Shown here: one piece after another, positions 44,846-58,854 of the stretch
Layout of the letters: each line of letters opens with the position of its first letter
Numbering within the stretch: position 1 is the stretch's first letter
From: Eledone cirrhosa
Lineage: Eukaryota
NCBI GenBank assembly: GCA_964016885.1
Contig: OZ024740.1
Coordinates: 350,424,001 to 350,488,000, forward strand
Direction: 5' to 3'
DNA length: 64,000 bases
Position numbers and translations under genes: made by a program
The notes under the pieces: model-generated
The model's database searches: none
The model's input: the letters and a program-made list of their open reading frames with translations, nothing else
What the model was told of the DNA's origin: nothing

Positions 44846-46013
44846 AGCATGTGACTTTTTTTTAGGGAATTCAATTGTTAAATTATAGGTATGTTTACAA
44901 ACAATGGCTTTTCAAACGAAACTCGGAAATGATTAGCCATTTGGAATTGAACTTATGTTCTGTAGTTGACGCCTTGTTGCATTAACCACCATGCTACAAC
45001 ATTTACACACATCTTCAGGCAGGGTTTTACGTTTAAATGCCGAAATAATCGTTCCTATATTTTGCCATCCGAGCGTAACTGCTTGTCTCTTGGAAACATA
45101 CAACTGTTTAAAACTATCATCGATACCAACCACTTTTGTATTCCCTTGCGAATAGCGTGTATGTAGGCATATATTCTTGATTTATGGTCATATCTATTCA
45201 GTAATCTACACTACATTGATGCGGAACCATGAATTTAATTAACAGAATACAAAAAAAAATAAAACATAAATATTAATATATTAAAGAAAGAAATGCTGAA
45301 CTACAGAAGTGGATAGAAAGAAACATGTCTCAATGGAGTCGAATATACTAGTCTGAAAATTATTCAAAATATTACAGCAAAATTTATAATTAAGTGCTTC
45401 GTTAAGGAATTGAAAGCGGTTTTGATTCAATAGGACATATATCTGGAACTATATAATAAATGACTGACCAAATATTTATATCTGATTTAAATAGCAACAA
45501 TAGACTATTAAGTTATGTTAACGTTTAAAATTTTAATGAAAACATGAAATAATATATATAACGGTAAGACAACTTAAACTCCGTAAAATATGGTTCATCA
45601 TAATCAAAGTTACGCAATCAAGAGAAATTCGTGCAGTTTGATTCAAAATTATTCATCCCAGTACAATAACGAATGGCATCTGCTACAACAGCGCATGGTT
45701 TTTATGGTTGGGAGTATTTTGGGTTTCAGAACAATATGTGTCGACATTCTTCTAATTCGCAATAATTCTAAGGCAGAGTTTCGGAATAAGCGTATTACAG
45801 TAATCTTTTCTAAATCTGACGGTGCACCATTGTAAATTAGAGAAGGTAATGCCATCTAGTGCCCTCTCCTCTCCTGATAACGGACTCAAACAATTACACA
45901 AAATTAGTGTATATCCATATAGACTAATTCAAGACTGTACGAAGAGGTTCAACACTTCCAAAGCAGAATACAACCAATTTATACCGGATTAAACATGTTC
46001 ATTATTTACTACA

Positions 46014-46200
46014 GGGCGGTGGATTGGCAGTATCGGTAGAGGGTCGGACGCCATGCTTTCTAGCATAGTTACGTCCCTTTACGATCTGAGTTCAAATCCC
46101 GCCGAGGTTGACTTTGCCTTTCATCCTTACGGGGTCGATAAAATAAAGTACCAGTAATGCACTGGGTAATTGCTGGCCTTGTGCCTAAAGTAGAAACAAT
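46014..46200 (+). mobile_element. Full-length tRNA-derived SINE with Meta-like core and 13-bp TSD
   Basis: A box TGGCAGTATCGG, B box GAGTTCAAATCC, GCCTTTCATCCTT.CGGGGTCGATAAAAT; ATTATTTACTACA at 46001 and 46199. Confidence 0.9.
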
Positions 46201-46906
46201 TATTTACTACACGAGGTCAAATCAAAAGGAGAAATCTGTCAGCATACAGGACAATTCAAACTAATGCAGATATTTAGCAGTAAATGATTGGTTCATTATT
46301 TTAGTGATCCCAGAAGTAAGAAAGGTAAATTTGACCATGGCGAGATTTAACGTAAAGAGACGTAAGTAAATATGTCAAAGTATTCCAGTCATTTATACAA
46401 TATATATCATATATCTTTTTCTAATATAAACAAAAAGTTAGCAATTTTACCGTAAGACAGAATCGATTAAATTGACTCTTGTGCTCTAGTTGTACTTTAT
46501 TTTATCGACCCCGGAAGAATAAGAAGAAAAGGTGTCCTCTGCGAGTTATGGACTCAGAACGTGAAAAGCCAGCAGAAACATCGAAAAGCATTTTCCTTGA
46601 CGGTCTAACAATTCTTCCAGTCCAACACCTTCTATTAATATTATAATAATTACTAAGATTGGCAGAAAGCTAGAAAGAACAATATGCCACCACCCACACT
46701 GTTTGATACTAGCCAATATGACGCCTAAAATATTTCAATTCAAGATGTAAAAGTGCATATAGCTAACGTAGTTCATCAATCATTCAACCGATTGTTCGTA
46801 AACATTTGTTGAGCCCGGAGGAATATTTTGGTTACAATTCTTTCTAGAATAATAGATTATACATTATCCACAAGGATAAAGAATGTTTGCATACACACGC
46901 GTGCAT

Positions 46907-47007
<101 letters not shown>

Positions 47008-47124
47008 TATATATATATGAAAATCCTAGATATAATAGAGCTAATTGCAAATCATATATGTGTGTGTGAGTGTGGAAGAGGCACGATTTAACGGTCAAGG
47101 CGTTCGGCTTATAACTAATGAGGT

Positions 47125-47174
<50 letters not shown>

Positions 47175-47186
47175 CCGTACTACCTA

Positions 47187-47251
<65 letters not shown>

Positions 47252-47255
<4 letters not shown>

Positions 47256-47651
47256 GGAGGTGAGTTTTATTGTAGTACAATAAAGCAATGCAAATATCGG
47301 ATAAGTAGCACTCTACAGTTTGTAGGACTGGAGTATAAATAATATAAGATCAAAAGATGGTTAAAAGAGTTCCAAGTATTTTATTATGCGCATTTCAAAA
47401 ACAAATATCATCATGAGATGATATCTGCGTTTTCATCAGATAAAATAGGGATACATGATATGAGGGTTAAAAAACACTTGTGAATAGTGAATATGTTGAT
47501 TTAAAACTTGACTATTCACAAGTGTTTTTTAACCCTCATATCATGTATCCCTATTTTATCTGATGAAAACGCAGATATCATCTCATGATGATATTTGTTT
47601 TTGAAATGCGCATAATAAAATACTGGAACTCTTTTAACCATCTTTTGTTCT

Positions 47652-47657
<6 letters not shown>
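47252..47657. mobile_element. Hairpin of PLE family A terminus with two intact opposing hammerheads (47377-47447 -, 47552-47622 +)
   Basis: Near-perfect inverted arms within (TA)n; same left end as 24352. Confidence 0.88.
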
Positions 47658-47685
<28 letters not shown>

Positions 47686-47688
<3 letters not shown>

Positions 47689-48385
47689 TAGAGTTTTACA
47701 TATACATAAAGTTATATATGTTGCAACCGGTCACTTTGTGGCTCTATGAAGAATTAATAAATTAAATAATCAGAGCAATATATCATAAATCATGTCTATA
47801 GAATCATTAGATATATAAAATATATACCATTTCCTCTGCCAATCAGCATAATTAACCATATAAAAAATCAATTAGACCAAGCTATAAGGATAAAGGTTCC
47901 TATGAAGAAATCTCCGACAAATAACCGAAAGTGGCCTCTTCGCGGTGGCCCCAATAGGGTATTTATCCAACATTTCGACAGCATGTAGAAACTGACTAAA
48001 TATACAATCAACCATACACAATTAGGTATAAATTCAAACTAAGAAGAAATGTGTACATACCGTAACTATATCCCTACCATGGTTTCATCCGTATTTTTAG
48101 ATATCCTATTAATAGGAAATCCACAGAGTTCGGATTCATCAGGAGACAAACTCAAAAATAGACACTTAGTTTCCCAAAGTGATCGCGCCAATGGTTAATT
48201 ATGCTGATTGGTTAATTATACTGATTGGCAGAGGAAATGATATATATTTTATTTATCTAATGATTCTATAGACATGATTTATGATATATTGCTCTGATTA
48301 TTTAATTTATTAATTCTTCATAGAGCCACAACGTGACCGGTTGCAACATATATAACTTTATGTATATGTAAACCTCTATATTTAA
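47686..48385. mobile_element. Non-coding fold-back element K (arms 47686-47862 / 48188-48385)
   Basis: ~175-bp inverted arms; hammerhead in the spacer. Confidence 0.82.
48069..48148 (-). ncRNA. Type I hammerhead motif with enlarged loop II
   Basis: TGTCTC-CTGATGA-ATCCG..(~37 nt)..CGGAT-GAA-ACCATGGT-A-GGGATA. Confidence 0.82.
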
Positions 48386-51300
48386 TAATCTCCCGTTAGG
48401 TTGAGATACAATTTGGCGATATTTGGCTGCGCTTTCTAGCAACAAGCCTACCCGCCGTAAGCAACCAATCACATTCTTTTCAACTTGACCACGGCCATAA
48501 TGCGGTTCTTAGCCATTTTTGAATCTAGTTTTGGCGCGATAACTGGGTAATTGCTGGCCTTGTGCCTAAAGTAGAAACAATTATTTCTACTCATACGTCT
48601 GTACTATATATAGATGATTATGGTTCCATATAGATATTAATTGCATTAGAGCGAAAACGTATTTGGGCGCACCGTGTGCATGATGTATTAAAATGTATGA
48701 AAAACTGTATGTATCTATTTTCCGGTATAAGTAGATATTAGATAATTTAACGCAGTCTGAATCTAGTTTGGTTGGCACGAACAAAGTTATATTCTGTAAG
48801 ACTTTATAATTAGAATTTCAATTCGTATTTTTCACATTTTAAAAATAGATTTTCATGATTTCAGCAGCGCGTTGTACATTCTCGTGATCTGCAGTGCAAC
48901 GTTTAGTATGTAAAATCCTGACATGGTCATTCTAACCGCTACAGGTAGCAGTAAAATCTCTTTCAAATCAAGCCGTACTGCTATAAAAGGTACATTTTAT
49001 AATGTAGACCTTCAACAAGAAGGGGATACACAACGCTGGAATATGTTTGATTATATTGGTTTGCTTGAAATCGGGTAACCTTAGACCAATCAATAACACA
49101 ACAGCAGCAACAACAAAAACAATAAGATAGTAAACAGTGAGCAAACTACTTGTTCATATCGAAGTTTCATAAAATAATTATATCCCAAAACACATTAGTC
49201 TATGATTGAAGATGTTAATTATACTTTTTAAAAACAATGTATTTCAGTGTATTTATGATAATATCATTGTTTGAGTCATTCCTTTCTTTTATCAACAGTT
49301 AGGGTTTTCGTCGAAACAATGGCTAGTCAAATCCTCAAAGGTGCATCTTAATACAATGAGAGAAACCCCATGTAGCCACTCGAATTTTAGTTATAGAAAG
49401 TTAACTATCTCACAAATCTCTTTCTAATGCCTTAAAAAGGAAAATGCATTCTATAATGTACTCTAAATATATTGTATATGAATAAAAGAAACTAGAATAT
49501 CTTTGGTCATAAATCTGCTTACTCACGATTGACTTGATAAAAAATAACAGCAATAAGATCAACAAGAGCAGAACCAATAACAACAACGAATACCACAACA
49601 GCAGCACCTCCATCAACAAGAAACATGCCTAGTGTAAGAAAAGAAATTTTACATGGAAAAAGTCAGGGATAAAAATGTTGCATTTCATATAACAATTATA
49701 AATAATAGTAAGGCAATCAAACAAATGTTTTAAGTCACTGATTAACTAATGGTGATACCTTACTTGAAAATGATGGCAACATATCTGAAGTAAAACGAGT
49801 TCTTTCGCAATATAATTAAATGTGTGCTGTAACATTTTCCCTGTGATTTATTTTTGTTTATGATTTTTCCTGTGAGTTTATTCTGTGCTTTTTTCGCCAG
49901 TAAATTCTTTCTCTGGATTCCAAAAGTAAGGGCTCGAATAAAATGCACGAAGAAATTGTAGATACAACAATTTGAAAAACAAGGGAAATTATGTGTAAGT
50001 TGGTGTTTGCACTGGGAACTGCTGAATATATAGGAAAATATAACATTTTACATGCAGAAAGTAATGATATAGTGTTAATTGAACTAGAAGCAATTCTTAG
50101 TTATTAAATAGCGATTCACGTAAATTACATTTAAAATCATATAAACTAGAGAAATTTGAACAATCTGGTTTAAACCGGTCCAAACCAGTTGAAGGTAGTT
50201 CAAAGAAGATCAAAGTGTTTTAAATGTAACATTCTATTTTAAAGTAATAATAATAAACATTAAAGCTCATTGATGTCTTAAGCTATCAAATGATCGCTGC
50301 TATAATCAAGGCATAATATCATCAAAGGATATTCCAATATGTCGATGAAATAACTAACTCTTGTCATTTCTAGTAATCTAACACTCTTTTGTTTATAATG
50401 GAAATTTCATTATGAACAGAAATGCATTATCATTAATCAGACATTGTGAGCTAAGCTTTATATTCCTCCATGAATGCTGCAATGGAGGGGGATGCTTATT
50501 CATTGTGATTTCGGCAATACGTATTAGTCGTTTTGTTCCTAAACTTTTAGGATTCAGAACTTTTGTAAATCAAGAGTAATTTACCAAAAGTTAATGTTTT
50601 GGCACGACATATCCGTAAGTTGGTTCAGAGCTCCTGAAATCGGAAAAAACCTGTTCCAATAAATTCAGACAAGTTGATTCCAGAAAGAACCGGATAAAAT
50701 TCGATTGCCATTTCATCTGATAGAAATAAAAGACAAATCACGAAAAACTAAAAATCACCGTCTTAAAAATAGGACACATTAGAGTTGATTAATCTTGAAA
50801 AGCAAAATATAAAATATTCATAGATTGATCCATTTGATCAAAATTCTGTATGAACAATGTTGACTAGGAGCTATAAATATCAGTAACAATGAATAAGTAC
50901 ACACGAAATAAATACTGTGTGAAATGCATTTAATTCTCATAAATTTGATACAGATTCACAGAAATAAATGAAAAATATTCGTAAACCACGATTAAAATCT
51001 TATAAACAAGAAAAATATCTATACCTCTTATAACTCCTTCGGGTGAATTAAAATAGAATGTGTAAAAAAGAATTATGATAAAATACGCGAACATTTTCTA
51101 TTAAGTAGAGATATTTCGCGTAATCATGAAAAGAAATCGCCAAAAATGTAATTACATAATCATGCATGTTGCAATTGTAATCGCGTTATTAAAAGCACTC
51201 TTGTTACACCGATTTAAAACAAGTTGAGCCGGTATAATTCAATTGAAATCTACCCAAACAGGTTCAGCGCTGTTCACACAGGAAATTGTTTAATAAAGAA

Positions 51301-51527
51301 CAAAACATCATACACGTTCGTATTGAATAATTAAGAATGACAGAAATCATTGGAATAACATATTCGGAAAGGATGATAAATTTGAAGAGAGAAGGAATTA
51401 TATTTATCAGGAAGGGAAAGGCAACTTAAAAGGTTGCTAAAGCGTAAAACGGATACATCTCTTGCTTTATGTAAACAAAGCTATTATGTAAAACATTAAA
51501 AAACAAAACAAACAGCAACACACACGA

Positions 51528-51562
<35 letters not shown>

Positions 51563-52139
51563 AGAGAGAGAGAGAGGGGGGGGAGAGAGAGAGTCCCGGG
51601 TTCAATCGGGTGTAACCACAGTAAGGTACTCAATACATTAGTAGAGTTATATACTCTACTGTGGTTACCGCCGAAAAGTATGAAAAGTTGAAAAATGTGG
51701 CTTTCGTCAAGAGAATATGGTTGGGTTGTGGAGCTGAAGAATAGAGGTCTGCTTCCAACCAATGCTAGAGATAAAAGAGCAAAGGATGGGCCTTAAGTCA
51801 AAGAGGAAGTTGATGAAAGAACGATAGTGAGAGAAACAAGGATAGATTGGAAGAGATGGAAACACAGAGATAAAGAGAGAGGGGGTGGGGGAAGAGAAAG
51901 AAAACAGGAAGAGTACACAAGAGAAATAGAAGATAGAGGGACTTATGCGAATAAAAACATAGTACTTGTTAGTGATATATAGTATCAGAAGAAAATGGAC
52001 ATTTACATTAGACGAAGAGCCAACTTCATCGTCAACTCTTCATACAGTCGTGGCTAAAAGTTTAAAACCACCTAGATTTTAAGGTTCTCAATTCTTCTAA
52101 AATATTGCTTCACCCATTTCGTTCTTTGAAACAAGGAAA

Positions 52140-52420
52140 TCTCTCTTTAATTGAAACAATCTCTCTTGTCTCCCTTTTTGAATATTGGGATTATCACTCC
52201 CTATTGCCATTGTTTAGGAGCTTTTCCAGAGATCCAGGCTACCCGGAACACACGAGTCAGCCAGAGAATAACTTCTCTATTTAAATCTTTCAACATCTCG
52301 GGGTGGATTTCGACTTCCCCGGCGTCCTTGCCACATTTGAGCTATTTAACTGCTCTCATGACCTCAGCCTCCGAGAAATAAGTCACCGCTCCGAGAAGCA
52401 CCTCATGTACAGCAAAGGAT
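52140..52420 (-). pseudogene. RTE-like LINE RT N-terminal fragment
   Basis: EVMRAVK*LKCGKDAG...IHPEMLK...W.SGKAPKQW..GVIIPIFKKGDKRDC. Confidence 0.8.
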
Positions 52421-52599
52421 GCTGCTGTGATCAAGTTTAGGAGATCACCAATGTATTCTCTCTCTCCTCCTCGTGAGAATACAGCCCTCTGTGCAGAGAA
52501 CCCCGGACGCGTTCCTGATAGCAGGTGTGGAGGAGGACTTCTTATTACGAAGTCAGTGGATGGTTTGGCAGAACACATTATTTGCTGATCTGAAGCTTG

Positions 52600-53345
52600 G
52601 ATTCCAGCTAAACCCGAAAGTCCTCACATGTCTTAACTTTGGACTACTTTAAACTCTATGCTGCGATTCTTCGTGCCTGATTGTACCACAAGTGCAAGAC
52701 CGAGGACTTATTACCACGTCTAGCTTTGTAGACTTCGGATTGCATCTTTCACCTCTTGATTGATCCAAGGGGTCCACCTGCCATCCAGCGCTACACGAAG
52801 CCTCTTTTCACTCGGCAATGATAATAGTATCTGGTACACTAAAATCTATACCTACTCAGTGATTGCCAACCCTTTTTCATATAGATCTTTCTCACGTGCA
52901 GCCTCAAGAGATGATCCACGAAGCAGCACTTCTTACCAAGTCCAAACATGACCTTCCCGTCCATGAAGACCTAGAAAACCTTCTTAATGTGCACTTGAAA
53001 TCACGCAAACCATTCTGGGAATCACTGAATCAGGAGGAAGAATGGCAACGATCCTGGAATGAGTCCAAATTTGCCAACCGAGACCTCACCCCGCATCTAA
53101 ACCAGCCGGCTTTGATCTTCCCAGGAAGCAATGGGTGTCTCTTAATAGGATCTGCACAACTCATTCCATCGATGGAAATGAAAGACAGCCCAGACTGTGG
53201 TATCACTGACCAGAGAGTACTGCATGTTATTCAGGATTGCCCCCCAGACGTTTTCTCGGCGGTCCTGAGGCAATCCATAAGGCTGCAAATGACGCCGTGG
53301 TGTGGCTCGCCGATCTCAAGATGCCTCTTTAACTATTGTGCAGAT
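52600..53345 (+). pseudogene. Degenerate LINE 3' end (Ingi/Vingi-like, tentative clade)
   Basis: HLKSRKPFW, frameshifted GFDLPRKQWVSLNR, DSPDCG..Q...HVIQDCP. Confidence 0.6.
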
Positions 53346-53702
53346 CTCATACGACAAGAAGAATCCACCACTCGAAATAGAGTATGACGTACTCGTATAT
53401 ACCATGCTTTCGTTAAAGGTTTTAGATGCCACTGCCGACAAAGATACTCACCTGACACTCCCTTCCTTAATCCAGTGGAAGATACAAAAAATTATATGGA
53501 AGGAGAGAAGTTCGGAGCTTTCTTCATAGATGCCGAATGGATAAAAGACAAAGTGGATCTCGGCGGGATTTGAACTGAGAACACAGGAACCCGGAACAAA
53601 TATCCACCGCTCTAACGAATCATCAACCACCTGCACACACACACCGACACACGAACACATACACACTCACAAACAACTACATCGACTTAAATACATATAT
53701 AT

Positions 53703-53784
<82 letters not shown>

Positions 53785-53786
<2 letters not shown>

Positions 53787-54470
53787 GTAATCTGAGTTTT
53801 TCGAATATTAATAATAACATTCGATTCGTTTGCAATTATACAAACAAGCCTCAATTTTATAGCCATGTCAGTAGAATGAACGCTTCATTCTTGCTCTTGT
53901 ATTGTCATGCAAAAAGAACTACAGACACTAATGTTTCTGGGTATCACCCGTCATCAGTACAGCTCACAGCAACACAAGAGCAAGAATGAAGTGTTCATTC
54001 TAATGACATGGCTATAAAATTTAGGCTTTTTTGCATAATTGCAAACGAATTGAAAGTTGCTATTAATATACGAAAAACTCAGATAACATTTATTGTATTC
54101 AGCCATGTAGAGCGACATTTTCTTTTTTATTTGAATTTGACAAAGCCGTCCTTTTACCGCTCGTATACAGAAAACTGACTGGCCAGTCTGCTAATATGCA
54201 AATCTAGCTGATCAGTGGATCTGCTAATATGCAGATCTGACTGATCAGCCAGGCTGCTAATATGCAAATCAGGCCGATCAGTCACTGTGTATTTTTGAAA
54301 ATAGCATATATTTTCACTAGCTCTGACAGTTTTGAAGGTGAACAGTGTGCTGTACTGATGAAGGGTATAACATTGAGGCTTGTTTGTATAATTGCAAACG
54401 AATCGAATGTTATTATTAATATTCGAAAAACTCAGATTACATGTATTGTATTCAGCCATGTAGAGTGAAA
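53785..54470. mobile_element. Complex fold-back element with three copies of one terminus and a ~33-bp triple repeat (54180-54283)
   Basis: 53785-53900 is inverse of 53975-54090 and 54375-54442; hammerhead at 53919-53962. Confidence 0.78.
53919..53962 (-). ncRNA. Minimal type I hammerhead motif
   Basis: CTGTA-CTGATGA-C-GGGT(gat)ACCC-A-GAA-ACA(ttag)TGT-C-TGTAG. Confidence 0.78.
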
Positions 54471-54475
54471 TTTAT

Positions 54476-54512
<37 letters not shown>

Positions 54513-54794
54513 ATGGAAAAATTTGAACAGGGACAAAACAGAGAGGCAGTACAACAAATGTTTATTAATTTCACGCTCTGGAGAGTGGGGTGTTGGTGGG
54601 GGACGGCGTTTCGGGCATAAGCCCTTCCTCAGGTGGGAAGTGTGTGGGAACAGAGTTCAAAGGGTGTGTAGGGGAGTGGTGGACATATAGCGAAAGGAAA
54701 CGGTGCGAATGAAAAAATAAAAAATAAAGATAAAAATAAAAATAAAGCATGATCAGAATACAAGGAATGAGATAAATTTAAAAATAAAGGCATG

Positions 54795-54859
<65 letters not shown>

Positions 54860-55075
54860 TTATGTATATATATTTATATATGTATCTATATATATTTATA
54901 TATATGTATGTTTGTATATATATTTATATATATGTATGTATATATATTTATATATATGTATGTATTTATATATATATATATATGTATCTATGTATATGTA
55001 TTTATATGTATGTATGTATATATATATATATGTATGTATATATATTTATATATATATATATGTGTATGTTTGTAT

Positions 55076-55109
<34 letters not shown>

Positions 55110-55118
55110 GTGTATGTT

Positions 55119-55209
<91 letters not shown>

Positions 55210-55437
55210 GTATATATGTCTATATGTATGTATGTATATATATATATATTTATATATTTAATAAATTAACAGAGAAAGCTTTAAGCAATACTCCGACCGA
55301 CATCCATCTCACTCAACAAACATTAGGATATACCTGAGTATAATCCCAATTATATGTTTGGGGTGCTAACTATATTGTATTTTACAGATAGCCGGCTGTA
55401 TTATTTTATATGAGACATACTTAAATACATCTCTCCT

Positions 55438-55559
55438 TCCAAACGATCGTTTCGTTATAAGTTTTCTACAAATTGGGAAAATAATATCCAGGTTATGTAG
55501 AAGCCTGCATATAGTCCATAGGTATACATACAGGTGGGCACTTATAACTCATCAGTGGA
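55438..55559 (-). ncRNA. Hammerhead motif with ~80-nt insertion in stem II, inside a ~500-bp non-coding insert (55255-55762)
   Basis: TCCA-CTGATGA-GTTATAAG...CTTATAAC-GAA-ACGATCGT-T-TGGA. Confidence 0.8.
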
Positions 55560-55757
55560 TGCGCAGCAATATCAATATAAAAAACCATACTGATATTAAT
55601 ATTCAGCGATGGTCCCCGTCAGTGCTAGAATGACCGCCAAATTTGTATTTTCCAGCAGTCTCTTAAAATGAAATTTCACACTGTCCCCAAACGGGAAGGG
55701 GAGGTTATCGTAAAACATAAAATAATATATACGCAGGTCAATTAATTCTGTCATGAA

Positions 55758-55837
<80 letters not shown>

Positions 55838-55859
55838 ATTATATATATATATATATATA

Positions 55860-56452
55860 TTTATTAAAATAACAGATTAAAGTTTAAGCAAAGAATCGCT
55901 GCTTTCACCCTTAACGGGATCTTCTGAAACTAACAAAGTCAATCTGTAAACGCAGAAGTGGATATTTCAAAAAACGTTGCAACCGGAGGAAGACAGGAAG
56001 ACCATACTTTGGTTCGTGGAAACGTTCCCTGGCAAAGAACGGGAAAAAACGAATATAATACGTCATTAATAGGAGCGGTGAAAAACAATTACACGCAAAG
56101 ACAGGACCACGTTTATGGTATAAAAGAAGTCGTAGACTAATGTTCTCTTAGGTGGTTCATAGAGACGTTCTCTGGCAATGAACGGAAAAAACGAAGATAA
56201 TACGTCCTATGTGGAGCGTGGAGAACAATTGCACGCAAAGACAAAATCACGTAAATGGTATAGTTGAAGTCGTAGACTAAAATTCTAACTAGGAAACCGA
56301 ATGAATCTCCGCTTCAGAGTTAAGAATAAAGTAAATAAAATACAATACAGAGGTAATAGAAATTAAATAAATGCATACACGCATGCAAATACGTACATAC
56401 ACAAGCATACGCAAAACACTTGCCATAGGTATACAAAACCACGCACATATAA

Positions 56453-56533
<81 letters not shown>

Positions 56534-57500
56534 CGCGTGTGCGTGTATACAAATAAATAAATAATTAAATAAACGTATATAAATAAATAAATACGTATAT
56601 AACAAGCGCACACACATACCTACATGTAAATACACAAGTGTTCGGAGACGTAAGTCAACCAAAACATGAAGTACACATATTCACACACCCTACATAGGTA
56701 CGAACCTGCATACTCACGCAGACGCAAAACTCCCCTATACACATAACCAAACCATATATACCAGAATATATAAAAGATTATACGCCATAACATACAATCA
56801 AATATACGTACGAGAAAGTATACGTACCTTCACAAAACATACAGGTAATATATACTTACCTATTCAAATAAGTAATGGTATAAACAAAACATATACTTAG
56901 CTACCACATCAAGACGTAAAATATCCACGTATAGATCGTACTATCCGTTAGGGTATAATGTGGGGCTGTAATACAGGAAAGTTTTGTGCAATTTATGTTT
57001 ACAAGCCGAAATTGCCTCAGATTTTTTATTAAGATGTGGTCTGTGGCGTAGAGTATTTCCAGGGCCTCAGCGGCGCAGAGGTCACATGGTCTTTTATTTC
57101 CGTTATACGATCTAGCCCTAGCTAGGATCTCCCAGTTTAACTTAAATTGGGTGTGGTTGTCTTTTAGACTCCAGATATAAGCTGAAAGTGACGTCATATT
57201 CCTTCTTAGAGGGTAACGAAAAGAATGGGTATGCTTGTAAAGATGCTTGATTCTATTGGCGGTTAACCCTATGTAGGCTCTACGGGACGTGGGTGTTTCA
57301 ACCTTACATTTGTAGACAATGTTACTAGAGAGGCATTTCCCGGATAGGGGGCAATCAACCCGATTCCTACAATTACAGTTAGTACTAACTACAGGGTTGC
57401 ACGTGTTCCTACGGCTAGGTAGTTTAGCTAAATTTGAAGCTGTGATGTTATGTGCAAGTTTAGGTGTCGTAGAGCAAGAAATTTTAATAGTATCATTATT
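55860..57500 (-). mobile_element. Hydra-like PLE family C, 3' part with full UTR
   Basis: Minus strand CNCRNRVDCPLSGKCL..IVYKC...YIGLTANR; UTR has ~130-bp tandem duplication (56015-56280) and (TG)n. Confidence 0.88.
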
Positions 57501-57519
57501 ACTATATGTATATATAGTC

Positions 57520-58769
57520 TATCTTCTAACATACAAGTATTTAAGGAACACGCCGAGTACTACGATAACGCCCTTAGTAAAGCAGGCTACCTCAACACAA
57601 TAGAGTATATAGATGGGAACAATCAAAACACCCAAAATAAATCCCACATAGGTAGATATAATAACACAACACCAAACCACACTTACTACCATAGATGCAC
57701 ACCAGTAAACCAACAAACAAAACTAATAGAAAGCGATGCAAAGAGTGCTTATGGTATAACCCCGAATACAATAGTTCCATTAGTACAAATTTACCAGTAC
57801 TCTTCTTTAAATTAATTAAGAGACATTTTCCTACATCACACAAATACCACAAAATCCTAAACCCTACCACTATAAGACTGTCATACTCTACAGCGTTAAA
57901 CCTTGAACAACACATAAAAAAGATCAATACTAGAAGGTTAAACGAAAACACTAAGAACTTAAGTACAAAGAACACAAAAAAAACAGTAGACAATACACTA
58001 CAGAACATAAATAAACCACACCTAAGTTCGTCCGCAATACTACTCCAGGGAAAACCCAACGTACACAACTGTAACTGCACCTATCCTGACAACTGCCCCC
58101 TCGGCAATAACTGCCTGGAAAAAAATATTATTTATAAGTGTACCATCAAATCCGGAGGCAACGAGTGGTATTACGTGGGATCAACGGCAACATCGTTTAA
58201 ATCTCGATTATATAGGCATTCTTACTCAATAAAACACCAGAGCCAAAGAAATGTAACAACTTTAGCAGAAAAAGCTTGGACGCTCAGAGATAGCGATCAA
58301 AAGTTTACCCTAAAATGGGAGAAATTAGCTAAAACCCAAAGCTTTTCCAGGAGCCAAAATTTCTGCAAATTGTGTAATCTTGAGATTTATTACATAATCA
58401 CACACAAGAAGAAATTGCTGAATAACAGAATTGAACGAACATTATTCTGCCGTCACAGAACTAAAACCCTTTTTTCCCACTACAAGCCGAATATTACATA
58501 AAAGAGGGACATCCCCCCAACTATATAAACCTCAATCTAGTTAGAAAAATATAAAAACAATCTCTTCTCAACATATATTAATAACCTTAAATTACCACAC
58601 TAATAATGGAAAGATATGCTGATGAGAATAGGTGCAAATATGCGATAATGAATGTGTCTAAAAACGTCCATAAGTATGTATATATATGTGAAAATGTATA
58701 TAAATAAGTAAATATATATATATGTCTGATGTGTATAGTTAGATGTAAGTGTATTTATGTATTAAAGTG

Positions 58770-58854
<85 letters not shown>

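Noticed and set aside
44933-45855. Possible host exons in less repetitive DNA (ORFs 44933-45166, 45590-45855)
   Set aside because: No recognisable protein motif in any frame; splice signals alone are not sufficient
46014-46105. tRNA gene
   Set aside because: A and B boxes belong to a multi-copy SINE head with TSDs; no cloverleaf evident
58617-58650. CTGATGA as a hammerhead core
   Set aside because: No pairing stem II or correctly placed GAAA/UH found
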